From the NCBI GenBank assembly GCA_959020415.1, contig CAUERX010000005.1:1-56260 (forward strand): DNA of 56,260 bases, in the 5' to 3' direction. The notes below the pieces were generated by a model. That model saw nothing but the letters and a program-made list of their open reading frames with translations. It did no database searches and was not told the DNA's origin. Numbering within the stretch: position 1 is the first letter of the stretch; each line of letters begins with the position of its first letter. Positions 35,261 to 46,150 of this stretch are shown one piece after another. The DNA is from an uncultured bacterium (GTDB taxonomy: Bacteria > Bacillota_I > Bacilli_A > RF39 > UBA660). The position numbers were made by a program, and so were the translations under genes.

Positions 35261-36118
35261 ATGGTAGATATAAAAGAAATCTTTGCTAATAATGTACCTA
35301 ATCGTGATGTAATGATGGCGTATGGGTTTAAAGAAAATGATAAGTGTTATTATTATATGAAATCATTTGAGGTTTTAGGAAGCCATTTTAAAATGATAGT
35401 AAAAATCTCTAAACGTACTAATGAAATTACCAGTGGAGTTATCGATGTTGAAACGATGGAAGAATATGGATTAATTCAGTGTCCAAAAGCTCAAGGGGAA
35501 ATTGTTAGTGCTGTTAGAGATGTATATGATAGTACTTTGTTATCAGTTTCATCATTGTGTTTTGATGCTGGAACTGATATTAAATTGGGTTCAGGGAATG
35601 ATGATTTACCTCCGGGACATTTATGTGATGGTAGAGTTATATTATTTTCTTCTCAATTGAAAGCTTTGGAGGCGGAAATTGACAGATTGAAACAAATTGA
35701 AGTAAATGATGGAGATTTATCAGATTTTGAAAGGGAAAGAAAAGATCAACTTGAGAGAATTTTTGAAGATCCTGTCGTGTCTAAAGAGCCAATTCCTGAT
35801 GAAGCAGTAGGATATGGTACAGAATTTTCTTCATCGCTTGATGATAAACCTGAAAGAAACTTTATTATGGTTTATGGATTATTACCTGGTATTTATAAAA
35901 GTCTTGATGGTTCAACCTTTTTAACGAGAGAAACGCCATTTGGTAAGGCTGTTTTTGGTCGAACTGTTGACGAGGTATTTTCTTTTCAAAATGAAAACGG
36001 AATTAGCTTTAATGCTGTTGTAAAACAAATTCATACAGACGAAGCAGAAGTTTTTGAAAGTGAGATTATTGGTATTGCTGATCATGGATCTAAACGTTTA
36101 GGTCAAATGCCGCATTAA
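35261..36118 (+). CDS. two-domain protein with GreA/GreB C-terminal-like domain
   Basis: The C-terminus VGYGTEF......D.PERNFIMVYG...........LTRETPFGKAVFGRTVDEVFSF parallels GreA (V.FG.......E..Y.IVG.....ISV.SPIARGLIGK...D.V.V). The N-terminal domain is unassigned. Confidence 0.45.
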   Translation: MVDIKEIFANNVPNRDVMMAYGFKENDKCYYYMKSFEVLGSHFKMIVKISKRTNEITSGVIDVETMEEYGLIQCPKAQGEIVSAVRDVYDSTLLSVSSLCFDAGTDIKLGSGNDDLPPGHLCDGRVILFSSQLKALEAEIDRLKQIEVNDGDLSDFERERKDQLERIFEDPVVSKEPIPDEAVGYGTEFSSSLDDKPERNFIMVYGLLPGIYKSLDGSTFLTRETPFGKAVFGRTVDEVFSFQNENGISFNAVVKQIHTDEAEVFESEIIGIADHGSKRLGQMPH

Positions 36119-36189
36119 TTGTATTCAAACAATGTTAAATAAAACATTGTTTTTTCTTTATTTCTACATATACTAGTATAGGTGATTAT

Positions 36190-36837
36190 ATGGTGATTGG
36201 GATAATTGGTAGGCCAGCAAAGACTGATTTAGATAATGATGGAGTATTAATATATAAAAAAGTTTGTGATAAGTTATATAGCTATGATTGCTTTCCGATT
36301 GGAATAGTTCCAAATGTTCAAGGTATGAATTTTAATAAATGTGTTAATGAAAAAGAGTTTGATCAAATGAAAAGATTAATTAATATTTGTGATGGAATTG
36401 TGTTACAAGGTGGTGAAGAAATGAACCATTATGATATAATGATTGCTAAATATTTATATGAGGCTAATATACCTACTTTAGGTATTTGTCTTGGAATGCA
36501 AACAATGGGGGCGGCTTTTGAGGGAATTATTTTAAACGATACTAATCACAATGTTAAAAGTAAATATGCTCATTATGTTAAGATTAATAAGGATAGTATG
36601 CTTTATGAAATTATTGGGAAGGAATATATTTTTGTCAATAGTAAACATAATGAAAGAGTATTTAAAACTAAATTAAGTGAAGTTGCGAACTATGAAGATA
36701 CCGTAGAAGCTTTAGAAGATAAAACGAAAACTTTTTATTTGGGAGTGCAGTGGCACCCAGAAATTTTGGATGATGATAATAGTGATAAGATTTTTAAAGC
36801 ATTTATTAAGTCGATCTTGCAAAATCAAAGTAAATAA
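36190..36837 (+). CDS. class I glutamine amidotransferase / gamma-glutamyl hydrolase (peptidase C26) family protein
   Basis: GICLGMQ nucleophile elbow and GVQWHPE. Confidence 0.82.
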   Translation: MVIGIIGRPAKTDLDNDGVLIYKKVCDKLYSYDCFPIGIVPNVQGMNFNKCVNEKEFDQMKRLINICDGIVLQGGEEMNHYDIMIAKYLYEANIPTLGICLGMQTMGAAFEGIILNDTNHNVKSKYAHYVKINKDSMLYEIIGKEYIFVNSKHNERVFKTKLSEVANYEDTVEALEDKTKTFYLGVQWHPEILDDDNSDKIFKAFIKSILQNQSK

Positions 36838-36861
36838 TATATAATTTATTAAGCGAGGTAG

Positions 36862-37974
<1,113 letters not shown>

Positions 37975-38002
37975 AAAAAGCTATTTTAGCTTTTTATTTT
38001 GT

Positions 38003-38362
38003 TTATTTTTTCATGTTAATACCAAACATACTACCAAAAATAGCACTTATTAATAGTAAAGCATAGAAGATAAAGTCTTTAGAGCTAATGCTTTGACTAA
38101 AAATTAGATTGCCAATAGCAATTAATAAAATGATAATAAGTCCTATTTTGGCACCTTCTAGCCAACCATTTTTATTGACATTTTTTCCCATTATAAATCC
38201 ACCTAGGGCTAGTGAAAAAAGTGGGGTAATTACTTTAGCGATACTCATTACTTTTCCATTAATGATATCAAAGTAGTTTAAAGCAGTAAATAAGAATGTC
38301 AAGATTATAATGCTACCAGCAGCAAATAAAAAGCTTTTTAATATTTTTTTAAAGTATTTCAT
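38003..38362 (-). CDS. small polytopic membrane protein (YrzE-like by position)
   Basis: 119 aa with four TM helices. Its neighbourhood matches the tgt...spoVB-yrzE-comN-secDF region of B. subtilis. Confidence 0.45.
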   Translation of the reverse strand: MKYFKKILKSFLFAAGSIIILTFLFTALNYFDIINGKVMSIAKVITPLFSLALGGFIMGKNVNKNGWLEGAKIGLIIILLIAIGNLIFSQSISSKDFIFYALLLISAIFGSMFGINMKK

Positions 38363-38471
38363 AAGAATCCTCCTAATTAACTTTATGTAAGGGCTTTAAA
38401 AATATGAATTACAAGCTTGAAAAAGCGATAACGGTATGATATACTTTAAATAGTAGTGAAAAAAGAAGGGT

Positions 38472-38981
38472 ATGTTTATGAGAAAGAAAGATAAAAATCA
38501 TGTATTTATTTTTGTATTAATTGTTGCACTTATGACGGTAGGGTATGCTACTTTTGCGCAACCATTAGCATCTAGATTGGCAACTAAGGCTACTGGTAGT
38601 GAATGGAATATTGGTTTTACTAATGTTATTCGAAGTGATGTGTCAGGCAGTGCTAAGGAACTTTCACCGCTAGAGTATAGTAAAACTTCAGCTAATTTTA
38701 ATATATATTTAAGCGCATCAGGTGATGCTATAACTTATGATTTTACGATTAAAAATATGGGAGCTTTGGATGCTAAAGTTTCGAGCATTTATCTTTTTCC
38801 AGTTAACAAAGCTAATGATTTAGTTTTATTTGATATTAGTGGATTACAAGTAGGCGATGAATTAAAAGTTGGAGAAAGCGCTAACATGAAAATTAAGGCT
38901 TATTATAATCCAACAGCGGGAAGTAAAGCAACAGTTGGTAATAAATCAGTAACTGTTCAAGTTAATTATTCACAAAAATAG
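38472..38981 (+). CDS. secreted beta-sandwich protein, paralog of the N-domain of the 6664..8022 product
   Basis: Signal peptide ending VGYATFAQ. W.I.FTNV...........SA.F...L...GD.I.YDFT..N.G.LDAK is shared with the 6664 product. Confidence 0.55.
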   Translation: MFMRKKDKNHVFIFVLIVALMTVGYATFAQPLASRLATKATGSEWNIGFTNVIRSDVSGSAKELSPLEYSKTSANFNIYLSASGDAITYDFTIKNMGALDAKVSSIYLFPVNKANDLVLFDISGLQVGDELKVGESANMKIKAYYNPTAGSKATVGNKSVTVQVNYSQK

Positions 38982-38989
38982 CTATAGTG

Positions 38990-40294
38990 CTATTTTTTTA
39001 AGGCTTTTTTGACGTGAATATATTGATGAATAGTAACGACTATCATATTTAAAGTGCTCGACCAAATAAGCCCCCATAGACCAATGTGAAATTGGCAAAA
39101 CACAAAAAGTGAAATAATTCTAACAATAGTACCAATTAAAGTACCACTCATGGCTTCTTTAGCTTTGCCCATAGCTTGCAGACTGGCGGTTAATGGAGCT
39201 TGAATATAATGAAATAAGGCGATTGGCGCTAAAATTTTAATATATTCAATACCAGCTGTGGTATTATAAATAAATTTCATAGGTATTTCAGGAATTAATT
39301 CAAAAATTATTGTAGCAGGAATGCCGATTAAAAGTGAAAGTCCAATAGCCAATTTTATCTTGTTTGCAGTATATAAATAGTGTTTTCGGGAATAGGCTTT
39401 ACTTACGTTTGGTATTAAGGCTTGACTGATGGCCATGGTGAAAAATGATGGAAGTAAAACTAGTGGCATGATGAAACCGTTGATGACTCCATATTCGTTG
39501 ACGATGAAGCTATTAGTATAGCCTTCTTTTATTAAACAATATGTTAAAATAATTGGTTCAAAGAAATATCCAACTGTTCCAATTAAACGACTCATAGTAG
39601 TTGGAATGCCGATGTTAAAAACTTCTTTAATATTGTTCTTGTTTGGTATTAAATCTTTTTTTGTTAATTTAAAATTTTTAGGGAGAAAGAAAAATAAAAC
39701 TAAAATGGAAGTTAGCTCACTAATTACATTAGTTAAGACAACAAAGGCAACTGCATATTCTAATCCAAATTTAATGAATATAGGGATGCCAATTATCAAG
39801 CTTATTAATCTTATAATATCTTCAGTAATATTAGAAATTACATGAGGGAGCATATTTTGTTTACCAAAAAAATAGCCTCTTAAAATACTCGAAATGCTGA
39901 TAAATGGTAAGACAAAACCAATGCATATTAAAGCATAATAACTTCTTTCGTCATGAAGCAGATTTTGGCTGATGTAGCCACTCGCAAATATCATAAATAT
40001 CATAATGATAACATTTATTATTAAAGAAATAGGGATAATTGAAAAAACTAAATTTTTATTATTTTTGTTTTCTTCAGCAACTAGTTTGCTGATAGCTACA
40101 GGAAAGCCTAATTGGGCTAAAGCCATTAATAACATAAAAGTAGGGGATATAAGCATATAAATACCCATACCCTCGGTTCCGACTAATCTAGCTAAAACTA
40201 TTTTGATAAACATGCTGACAATTTTTGTGATGGCGCCGCCAATAATTAATAAAATAGTTGATTTTATAAATAAATTTCCTTTTATCTTTGTCAT
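38990..40294 (-). CDS. spoVB: MOP-superfamily flippase, SpoVB/MurJ-like
   Basis: About 14 TM helices. The N-terminus aligns with SpoVB (..KG.L...........K..........R..G.EG.G.YM...P). Position relative to comN-secDF also fits. Confidence 0.72.
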   Translation of the reverse strand: MTKIKGNLFIKSTILLIIGGAITKIVSMFIKIVLARLVGTEGMGIYMLISPTFMLLMALAQLGFPVAISKLVAEENKNNKNLVFSIIPISLIINVIIMIFMIFASGYISQNLLHDERSYYALICIGFVLPFISISSILRGYFFGKQNMLPHVISNITEDIIRLISLIIGIPIFIKFGLEYAVAFVVLTNVISELTSILVLFFFLPKNFKLTKKDLIPNKNNIKEVFNIGIPTTMSRLIGTVGYFFEPIILTYCLIKEGYTNSFIVNEYGVINGFIMPLVLLPSFFTMAISQALIPNVSKAYSRKHYLYTANKIKLAIGLSLLIGIPATIIFELIPEIPMKFIYNTTAGIEYIKILAPIALFHYIQAPLTASLQAMGKAKEAMSGTLIGTIVRIISLFVFCQFHIGLWGLIWSSTLNMIVVTIHQYIHVKKALKK

Positions 40295-40626
40295 ATTAGA
40301 TTATATGATAACTTGTCTTTATTATGAGTTCATTGCTTATAAAAATAAGAGCGTTATAATATGAAAATTATGAGATGATAATACGTCACTAATTAAAATT
40401 GATGATCCATAGAAATCGTGATTATGATTTACAAAGGCCACTAGAATTTCCCTTTGCCATGTCTATTTTAAATTTTAGATTAGTATTTCGAAATCATTTC
40501 AAATATATTTCTTTTTATGAAGGTGATTAGTTTATGAGTATTTTATAGAAAAATCGTTTATATGTATTATCTTATAATTATTTATATAATATTTATTCTG
40601 GTATAATTGATGAAGGGCTTGAAATA

Positions 40627-40854
40627 ATGGTGCTATTTGGCGAGATAAATGAAATTTTAAAAAATATAAAAAGACCTTTTGCCCATGATTTATATTTGTA
40701 TGAAATTGAAGAAGATGAATTTAAGCAGAGGATTAGTATTTGGGAAAATAATAGAAAATGTGTTTTGATTTTTAAGGATAAATTTAATAGTTTTTGTCAA
40801 AATACTAAAAATTCTATGGCTTATGATGTTTATACATTAAGAAGACCTCAGTAA
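40627..40854 (+). CDS. hypothetical 75-aa protein
   Basis: ORF only, with a weak RBS (GAAGGG). Confidence 0.3.
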   Translation: MVLFGEINEILKNIKRPFAHDLYLYEIEEDEFKQRISIWENNRKCVLIFKDKFNSFCQNTKNSMAYDVYTLRRPQ

Positions 40855-40962
40855 TGAAATTTTTAAATGTTTTGGTCTATTATATTTATTTTTTTCTTTT
40901 AGCTCTTTAAAAATAATGGAATTTAAGATATAATGTTAATGGACGCTTGATGGAGGGAAAAT

Positions 40963-41235
40963 ATGGATATGGAATTTAATAGTGCAAGTGAACTTTATGA
41001 AAGATTACAGCCGGCACTTAGATCTAAAGTAGCTGAACTAAAAAGAGATGGTTATGAGTATTTAACAGTCGAAGATGTGTGGAACTACTTGAAGGAAAGT
41101 AAATGGAAAAATAGTAAGAATTTAGCGTTAAATGAAATGGTTAGTGATATTTTTAGCAGTGATAATGCAATTATCGATGATTATTTCAAAGGTAAATTAA
41201 ATAGAAGAACTAGAAAGGTATATTTTGACAGTTAG
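40963..41235 (+). CDS. comN: post-transcriptional regulator ComN (YrzD family)
   Basis: L.PAL.SK..EL...GY.....EDVW.YL...KW.........L.E.V.DI.S parallels B. subtilis ComN. Lies immediately upstream of secDF. Confidence 0.72.
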   Translation: MDMEFNSASELYERLQPALRSKVAELKRDGYEYLTVEDVWNYLKESKWKNSKNLALNEMVSDIFSSDNAIIDDYFKGKLNRRTRKVYFDS

Positions 41236-41245
41236 GAGAGAGAAC

Positions 41246-43516
41246 ATGAAGAAGAAATTAATATCAAAAATTGTGCTTACTGTTATATTACTTGCAGCAG
41301 CAATTGGTTTATTAATTCCAGTTTTACAAAATGTTAAGCTCGGACTTGATTTACAGGGTGGATTTGAAGTTTTATATAAAGTGGAAAGTATTGATGGAAA
41401 AGAAAAAGTAACCAGTGACATGGTTAATTCTACATATAAAACATTAGTTAAACGTATTGATGTTTTAGGGGTTTTAGAACCAACAATTGATATTGAAGGC
41501 GATAAAATTAGAGTACAGCTTGCAGGAATTGACAATGCTGAAGATGCTCGTAATGTCCTTAGTCAAACGGCTAGTTTATCATTTAGAGATACTAAAGATA
41601 ATTTGCTGATGACTAGTGACGTTTTGCGTAGTGGAGCTGCTAAAGTTGGTCAAGATGAAAGTGGAAAACCAGTAGTTTCCTTAAGTATTAAGGATAAAGA
41701 TGAATTTTATAAGATAACTAAAAAAGTTAGTCAGATGGAAGATAACCGAATTGTTATTTGGTTAGATTATGACGAAAAAGAAGATTCTTTTGCGACTGAG
41801 GGTAGTAAGTGTGGGTCTTTAAATGATTCAAAATGTCTTTCAGTAGCAACCGTTTCACAAGGATTTAGTAGTGATGTTATTATCCAAGGAAACTTTGAAC
41901 AAGAAGAAGTTCAAAATTTAGTTGATTTAATCAATTCAGGTAGTATGCCAACTAAATTAGTTGAAGTATCTTCAAAAAGTGTTGGAGCTTCATTTGGTGA
42001 GAATTCACTTACAAAAACAGCAACTGCTGGGGTAGTTGGAATTGTTTTAATTTGTTTATTTTTGATTATTATCTATAGATTTTCAGGGCTTATGGCGAGT
42101 ATTGGAATTGTTATTTATGCATCACTTACATTCTTTATATTCTGGCTGATTGGTGGAACACTGACATTACCAGGTATTGCAGCGATGATCATTGGTATTG
42201 GAATGGCCGTCGATTCGAACGTTATTAACTTTTCGCGTATTAAGGATGAACTTTACGAAGGTAGAGGAGTGCAGTCGGCTTTGAAAAATGGTGACAAAAA
42301 TTCATTTGGAACGATTTTAGATGCAAATATAACTACTTTAATTACTGCAATTATTTTATTTATCTTTGGTCAAAGTAGTGTTAAAGGATTTGCAACAATG
42401 CTTATAATTAGTGTATTTATGACAATGCTTATAATGGTATTCTTTACAAGATGGTTGATGAAGAAATATGTTGAAACAGGAGCTTTTGATAATCATCCAA
42501 GATTATTTATCGGGGTAAAACCAAAAGATATTCCAGATGTTGCCCATAAAGAAAAAAGAACTAAATATTTCTATCAAAAATTGGATTTTGTTAAGGACCG
42601 TAAGGTTTTCTTAATTATTGCTGTTTTAATTAGTTTGGTTGGTATTTTCTCATTGTTTAAAATGGGACTAAACTTAGGTGTTGATTTTAAAGGTGGAACT
42701 GTTATTACTTTGAAAACTAATGAACAATTAACTGAACAAAAAATTGAACGTGACATCGATAAATTAGGTTATGATATGTATGATTTTGAAAAACAAACAG
42801 ATGGTTCTTATTCAATTAAGATTACTGACTCACTTTCAAAAAATAAATCAATGAGTACTGAAAAATACTTTGCTGATAAATATGATGCATCTACTGATGT
42901 CGGTGTTATATCAACAGTGGTAAAACAAGAACTTATCAAAAATGCTCTTTTATCTTTGATAATTGCGGCTATTGCGATAGTTGCCTATATTTCATTTAGA
43001 TTTAAATTTAGTTATGGCGTTAGTTGCGTTATGGCGTTACTTCTTAATGTTTTAGTTACTGTGTCATTATTTAGTATTTTACGCCTTGAAATTTCTAGTA
43101 TATTTATTGCGGCTATTTTATCAATAATTGGATACTCGGTTAATGATATAATTATTACATTTGATCGTATTCGTGAAAATATGAAGAAAAAGGGTACAAT
43201 AAAAGATCCAGATGAAATTAACGAAGTGGTAAATCATAGTTTAAGGGAAATTTTAAATCGTAGTATTGTTACAAATTGTATAACTTTAATTCCAGTACTT
43301 GCATTAATTTTCTTGGGTTCACATGATATCTTTGAATTTAATGTGGCATTATTAATTGGACTTGTTGCTGGAGCACTTTCTTCATTATTCGTTGCAAGTC
43401 AAGTGTGGCTTGAAATTACGAAGAAAAATATAAAAGAGGGGAAACCTAAACTCAAGAAAAAAGTTGTCATTGATGATGATGTTGATGAACTTCAAATTAA
43501 AGGCATAAACTCTTAA
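41246..43516 (+). CDS. secDF: protein translocase subunit SecDF (fused)
   Basis: LGLDLQGG (SecD) and GVDFKGGT (SecF), with 12 TM helices. Confidence 0.93.
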   Translation: MKKKLISKIVLTVILLAAAIGLLIPVLQNVKLGLDLQGGFEVLYKVESIDGKEKVTSDMVNSTYKTLVKRIDVLGVLEPTIDIEGDKIRVQLAGIDNAEDARNVLSQTASLSFRDTKDNLLMTSDVLRSGAAKVGQDESGKPVVSLSIKDKDEFYKITKKVSQMEDNRIVIWLDYDEKEDSFATEGSKCGSLNDSKCLSVATVSQGFSSDVIIQGNFEQEEVQNLVDLINSGSMPTKLVEVSSKSVGASFGENSLTKTATAGVVGIVLICLFLIIIYRFSGLMASIGIVIYASLTFFIFWLIGGTLTLPGIAAMIIGIGMAVDSNVINFSRIKDELYEGRGVQSALKNGDKNSFGTILDANITTLITAIILFIFGQSSVKGFATMLIISVFMTMLIMVFFTRWLMKKYVETGAFDNHPRLFIGVKPKDIPDVAHKEKRTKYFYQKLDFVKDRKVFLIIAVLISLVGIFSLFKMGLNLGVDFKGGTVITLKTNEQLTEQKIERDIDKLGYDMYDFEKQTDGSYSIKITDSLSKNKSMSTEKYFADKYDASTDVGVISTVVKQELIKNALLSLIIAAIAIVAYISFRFKFSYGVSCVMALLLNVLVTVSLFSILRLEISSIFIAAILSIIGYSVNDIIITFDRIRENMKKKGTIKDPDEINEVVNHSLREILNRSIVTNCITLIPVLALIFLGSHDIFEFNVALLIGLVAGALSSLFVASQVWLEITKKNIKEGKPKLKKKVVIDDDVDELQIKGINS

Positions 43517-43529
43517 GAGAGGTGATTAT

Positions 43530-45692
43530 GTGAGTAAATATAAGTCATGCAGTTCATTTGATATGCTTGAAGATAAGGTTAAGACTTATATAACAGATGA
43601 ACAAGATTTTGAATTAATTACAAAGGCTTATAAATATGCATATGATAGGCATTTTGGGCAGAAGCGTTTAACGGGTGAGGATTATATTACTCATCCACTT
43701 TCTGTTGCTTATATATTAACTAGTATTCAAGCTGATGCTTCAACAATTTCTGGAGCGCTTTTACACGATGTTTTTGAAACTAGCGATGTTGTTTTAGAAG
43801 AATTTAAACAAATATTTGGTGAGGATATTTTATCAATTGTTCAAGGGGTTACTAAAATAAATAAGCTTAATTTTTCTGGTGATAGTGAATCGGTTATTAG
43901 TAATCAAAGAAAAATCTTAGTTGGTTTGTCAGAAGATGTTAGAGTTATTATTATTAAATTAGCTGATCGACTTCATAATATGAAAACACTATTTGTTTTG
44001 GATGAAAAGAAGCAAAAGGAAACCGCAAAAGAAACTTTGGATATTTTAACCCCAATAGCACATCGTCTTGGTATGAATAATATTAAATCGGAACTAGAAG
44101 AATTATCGTTGCGTTATTTAAAACCTGATGAGTATTATGACATTGTTGAAAAACTTAATGCGACAAAGACTGAGCGAGATGCCAGTGTTCAAAAAATGAT
44201 TGAAACGGTTTCGGATTTACTTAATAAACATGGAATTAAACACGAGATTAAAGGACGCTCTAAAAGTATTTACAGCATTTATAAAAAGCTTGATAAAGGT
44301 AAGCGTTTTAGTGATATTTTTGATTTATTAGCGCTTAGAGTTTTTGTAAATACTGAACAAGAATGTTATCAAACGCTTGGTATTATTCATTCAAAGTTTA
44401 AACCAAAACCTAATCGTTTTAAAGACTATATTGCGATGCCGAAAACTAATATGTATCAATCTTTACATACTACTGTTTTTGGGGCTGATGGTCAATTATA
44501 TGAAATTCAAATTAGAACGTATGAAATGGACAGAATTGCTGAAAATGGTATTGCTTCACATTGGTCATATAAGGAAAAGGGCAGTAATAAAGCAGCTATT
44601 CAAAGTGATATGGAACAAAAATTGCAATTTTTTAAATCGATAATGGAACTTAAAAATAATGAAGAAGATCCTGAAGAATTTGTTAAATCGGTCAAAGAAG
44701 ACATTTTAAAAAATACCATTTATGTATTTACACCAATGGGAGATGTTATTGAGCTGCCAAATGGAGCTACACCGATTGATTTTGCATATAAAGTGCATAC
44801 AAAAGTTGGCGATACGATGACCGGAGTACTTGTTAATTCACAAATAGTACCATTAGATTATAAACTTGAGAACAATGATGTAGTTAAGGTTATTACAAGT
44901 AATAATTCGCATGGACCAAATCGTGAATGGCTTAAAATCGCTAAGACAACACAAGCTAAGAATAAGATTAAAAACTTTTTCAGTAAAGCTGATAAAGATG
45001 AAAATATTAAAAAGGGTGAGGAATCGTTATTTAAAGAGCTTAAAAAACGAAAAATTACAGTTTCAGAATTTCAAAGCGAAGAAATTATGATTAAGGTATT
45101 AAACGGCGTTAAGGTTAGTTCTTTAACTGAACTTTATTCGAATATAGGTTCTGGAAAAATTTCTGTAGCTGCCGTACTTGATGCTGCATATAAAGAAGAA
45201 GTTAGTAAAGAGGAAAAGTTATTAGAAAAAGCTTCTAAATTAGCGAAGGTTGCCGATAGGGATCATGTTATTTCAGTAGCTGGAATTGATGATATTAAAG
45301 TAAATATTGCATCTTGCTGCAAACCAGTTCCTGGTGATCGCATTGTTGGATATATTACAAAAGGGAATGGAATTAATGTTCATCGAATGGTTTGTCCGAA
45401 TGTGGCAAATACAAATGAACGATTAATCGAAGTTAGTTGGAATGAAAATAAGGAAAAATTTCCAACTACGATATTAGTTCATGCAGGATTAAGCAGTGAT
45501 TTATTGTTATCAATTATTGCAAAAGCAGCTAATAATGATATCGGTGTTAAAAGTGTTAATAATACAAAAGATATTGATAGCCAAAGTATTGAAATGACGG
45601 TAGTTGTTAAAAATCGCGAGGAACTTTTGAAGTTTATGAATGATATTAAAATGTTAGAAGCGGTAACTGAAGTTGAGAGGCTGATAAAGTGA
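43530..45692 (+). CDS. relA: bifunctional (p)ppGpp synthetase/hydrolase RelA/SpoT (Rel)
   Basis: HD domain (HPL.VA...LHD), synthetase domain (YKS.H....G...E.QIRT..M), TGS and ACT regions. GTG start behind AGAGGTGA. Confidence 0.95.
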   Translation: MSKYKSCSSFDMLEDKVKTYITDEQDFELITKAYKYAYDRHFGQKRLTGEDYITHPLSVAYILTSIQADASTISGALLHDVFETSDVVLEEFKQIFGEDILSIVQGVTKINKLNFSGDSESVISNQRKILVGLSEDVRVIIIKLADRLHNMKTLFVLDEKKQKETAKETLDILTPIAHRLGMNNIKSELEELSLRYLKPDEYYDIVEKLNATKTERDASVQKMIETVSDLLNKHGIKHEIKGRSKSIYSIYKKLDKGKRFSDIFDLLALRVFVNTEQECYQTLGIIHSKFKPKPNRFKDYIAMPKTNMYQSLHTTVFGADGQLYEIQIRTYEMDRIAENGIASHWSYKEKGSNKAAIQSDMEQKLQFFKSIMELKNNEEDPEEFVKSVKEDILKNTIYVFTPMGDVIELPNGATPIDFAYKVHTKVGDTMTGVLVNSQIVPLDYKLENNDVVKVITSNNSHGPNREWLKIAKTTQAKNKIKNFFSKADKDENIKKGEESLFKELKKRKITVSEFQSEEIMIKVLNGVKVSSLTELYSNIGSGKISVAAVLDAAYKEEVSKEEKLLEKASKLAKVADRDHVISVAGIDDIKVNIASCCKPVPGDRIVGYITKGNGINVHRMVCPNVANTNERLIEVSWNENKEKFPTTILVHAGLSSDLLLSIIAKAANNDIGVKSVNNTKDIDSQSIEMTVVVKNREELLKFMNDIKMLEAVTEVERLIK

Positions 45693-46150
45693 GAATTTTA
45701 GTGCAGCGTAGTTTGACTTCTAGTGTTAGCGTGGATGGAAAAATAGTTGGCCAAATTCCTAATGGCTTAGTATTGTTTGTTGGTTTTACTAAAGATGATG
45801 ATGAAATTGACATTGATTATATGATTAAAAAAGTCTTGAATTTACGTATATTTGAGGATGAAAATAATATAATGAATAAATCTATTCTAGATGTTAAGGG
45901 TGAAATTTTGAATATTTCACAGTTCACTTTATATGCAGATACTAAAAAAGGTAATAGACCTAGTTATATTAATGCAAGAAATCGTATAGAATCGGAAAAA
46001 TTATACACACTATTTAATGAGAAATTAGCTGAGAAGATTAAAGTATCTACGGGAATCTTTGGTGCAGATATGTTGGTTTCTATTCAAAATGATGGACCGG
46101 TAACAATATTATTAGAAAGCAGGAAGGCTAATGGTGAAAAACAGACCTAA
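45689..46150 (+). CDS. dtd: D-aminoacyl-tRNA deacylase
   Basis: MRILVQR...V.....G.I..GL..FVG, SQFTLY.D...G.RPS, DGPVT. Confidence 0.92.
   Translation: MRILVQRSLTSSVSVDGKIVGQIPNGLVLFVGFTKDDDEIDIDYMIKKVLNLRIFEDENNIMNKSILDVKGEILNISQFTLYADTKKGNRPSYINARNRIESEKLYTLFNEKLAEKIKVSTGIFGADMLVSIQNDGPVTILLESRKANGEKQT

Noticed and set aside
40295-40626. The 332-nt AT-rich intergenic region between spoVB and the 75-aa ORF was examined for a tRNA, riboswitch, small ORF or repeat.
   Set aside because: Only trivial ORFs of 3-6 codons without an SD are present. There is no cloverleaf-like or extended conserved-looking structure and no repeats. It most likely holds divergent promoter regions.
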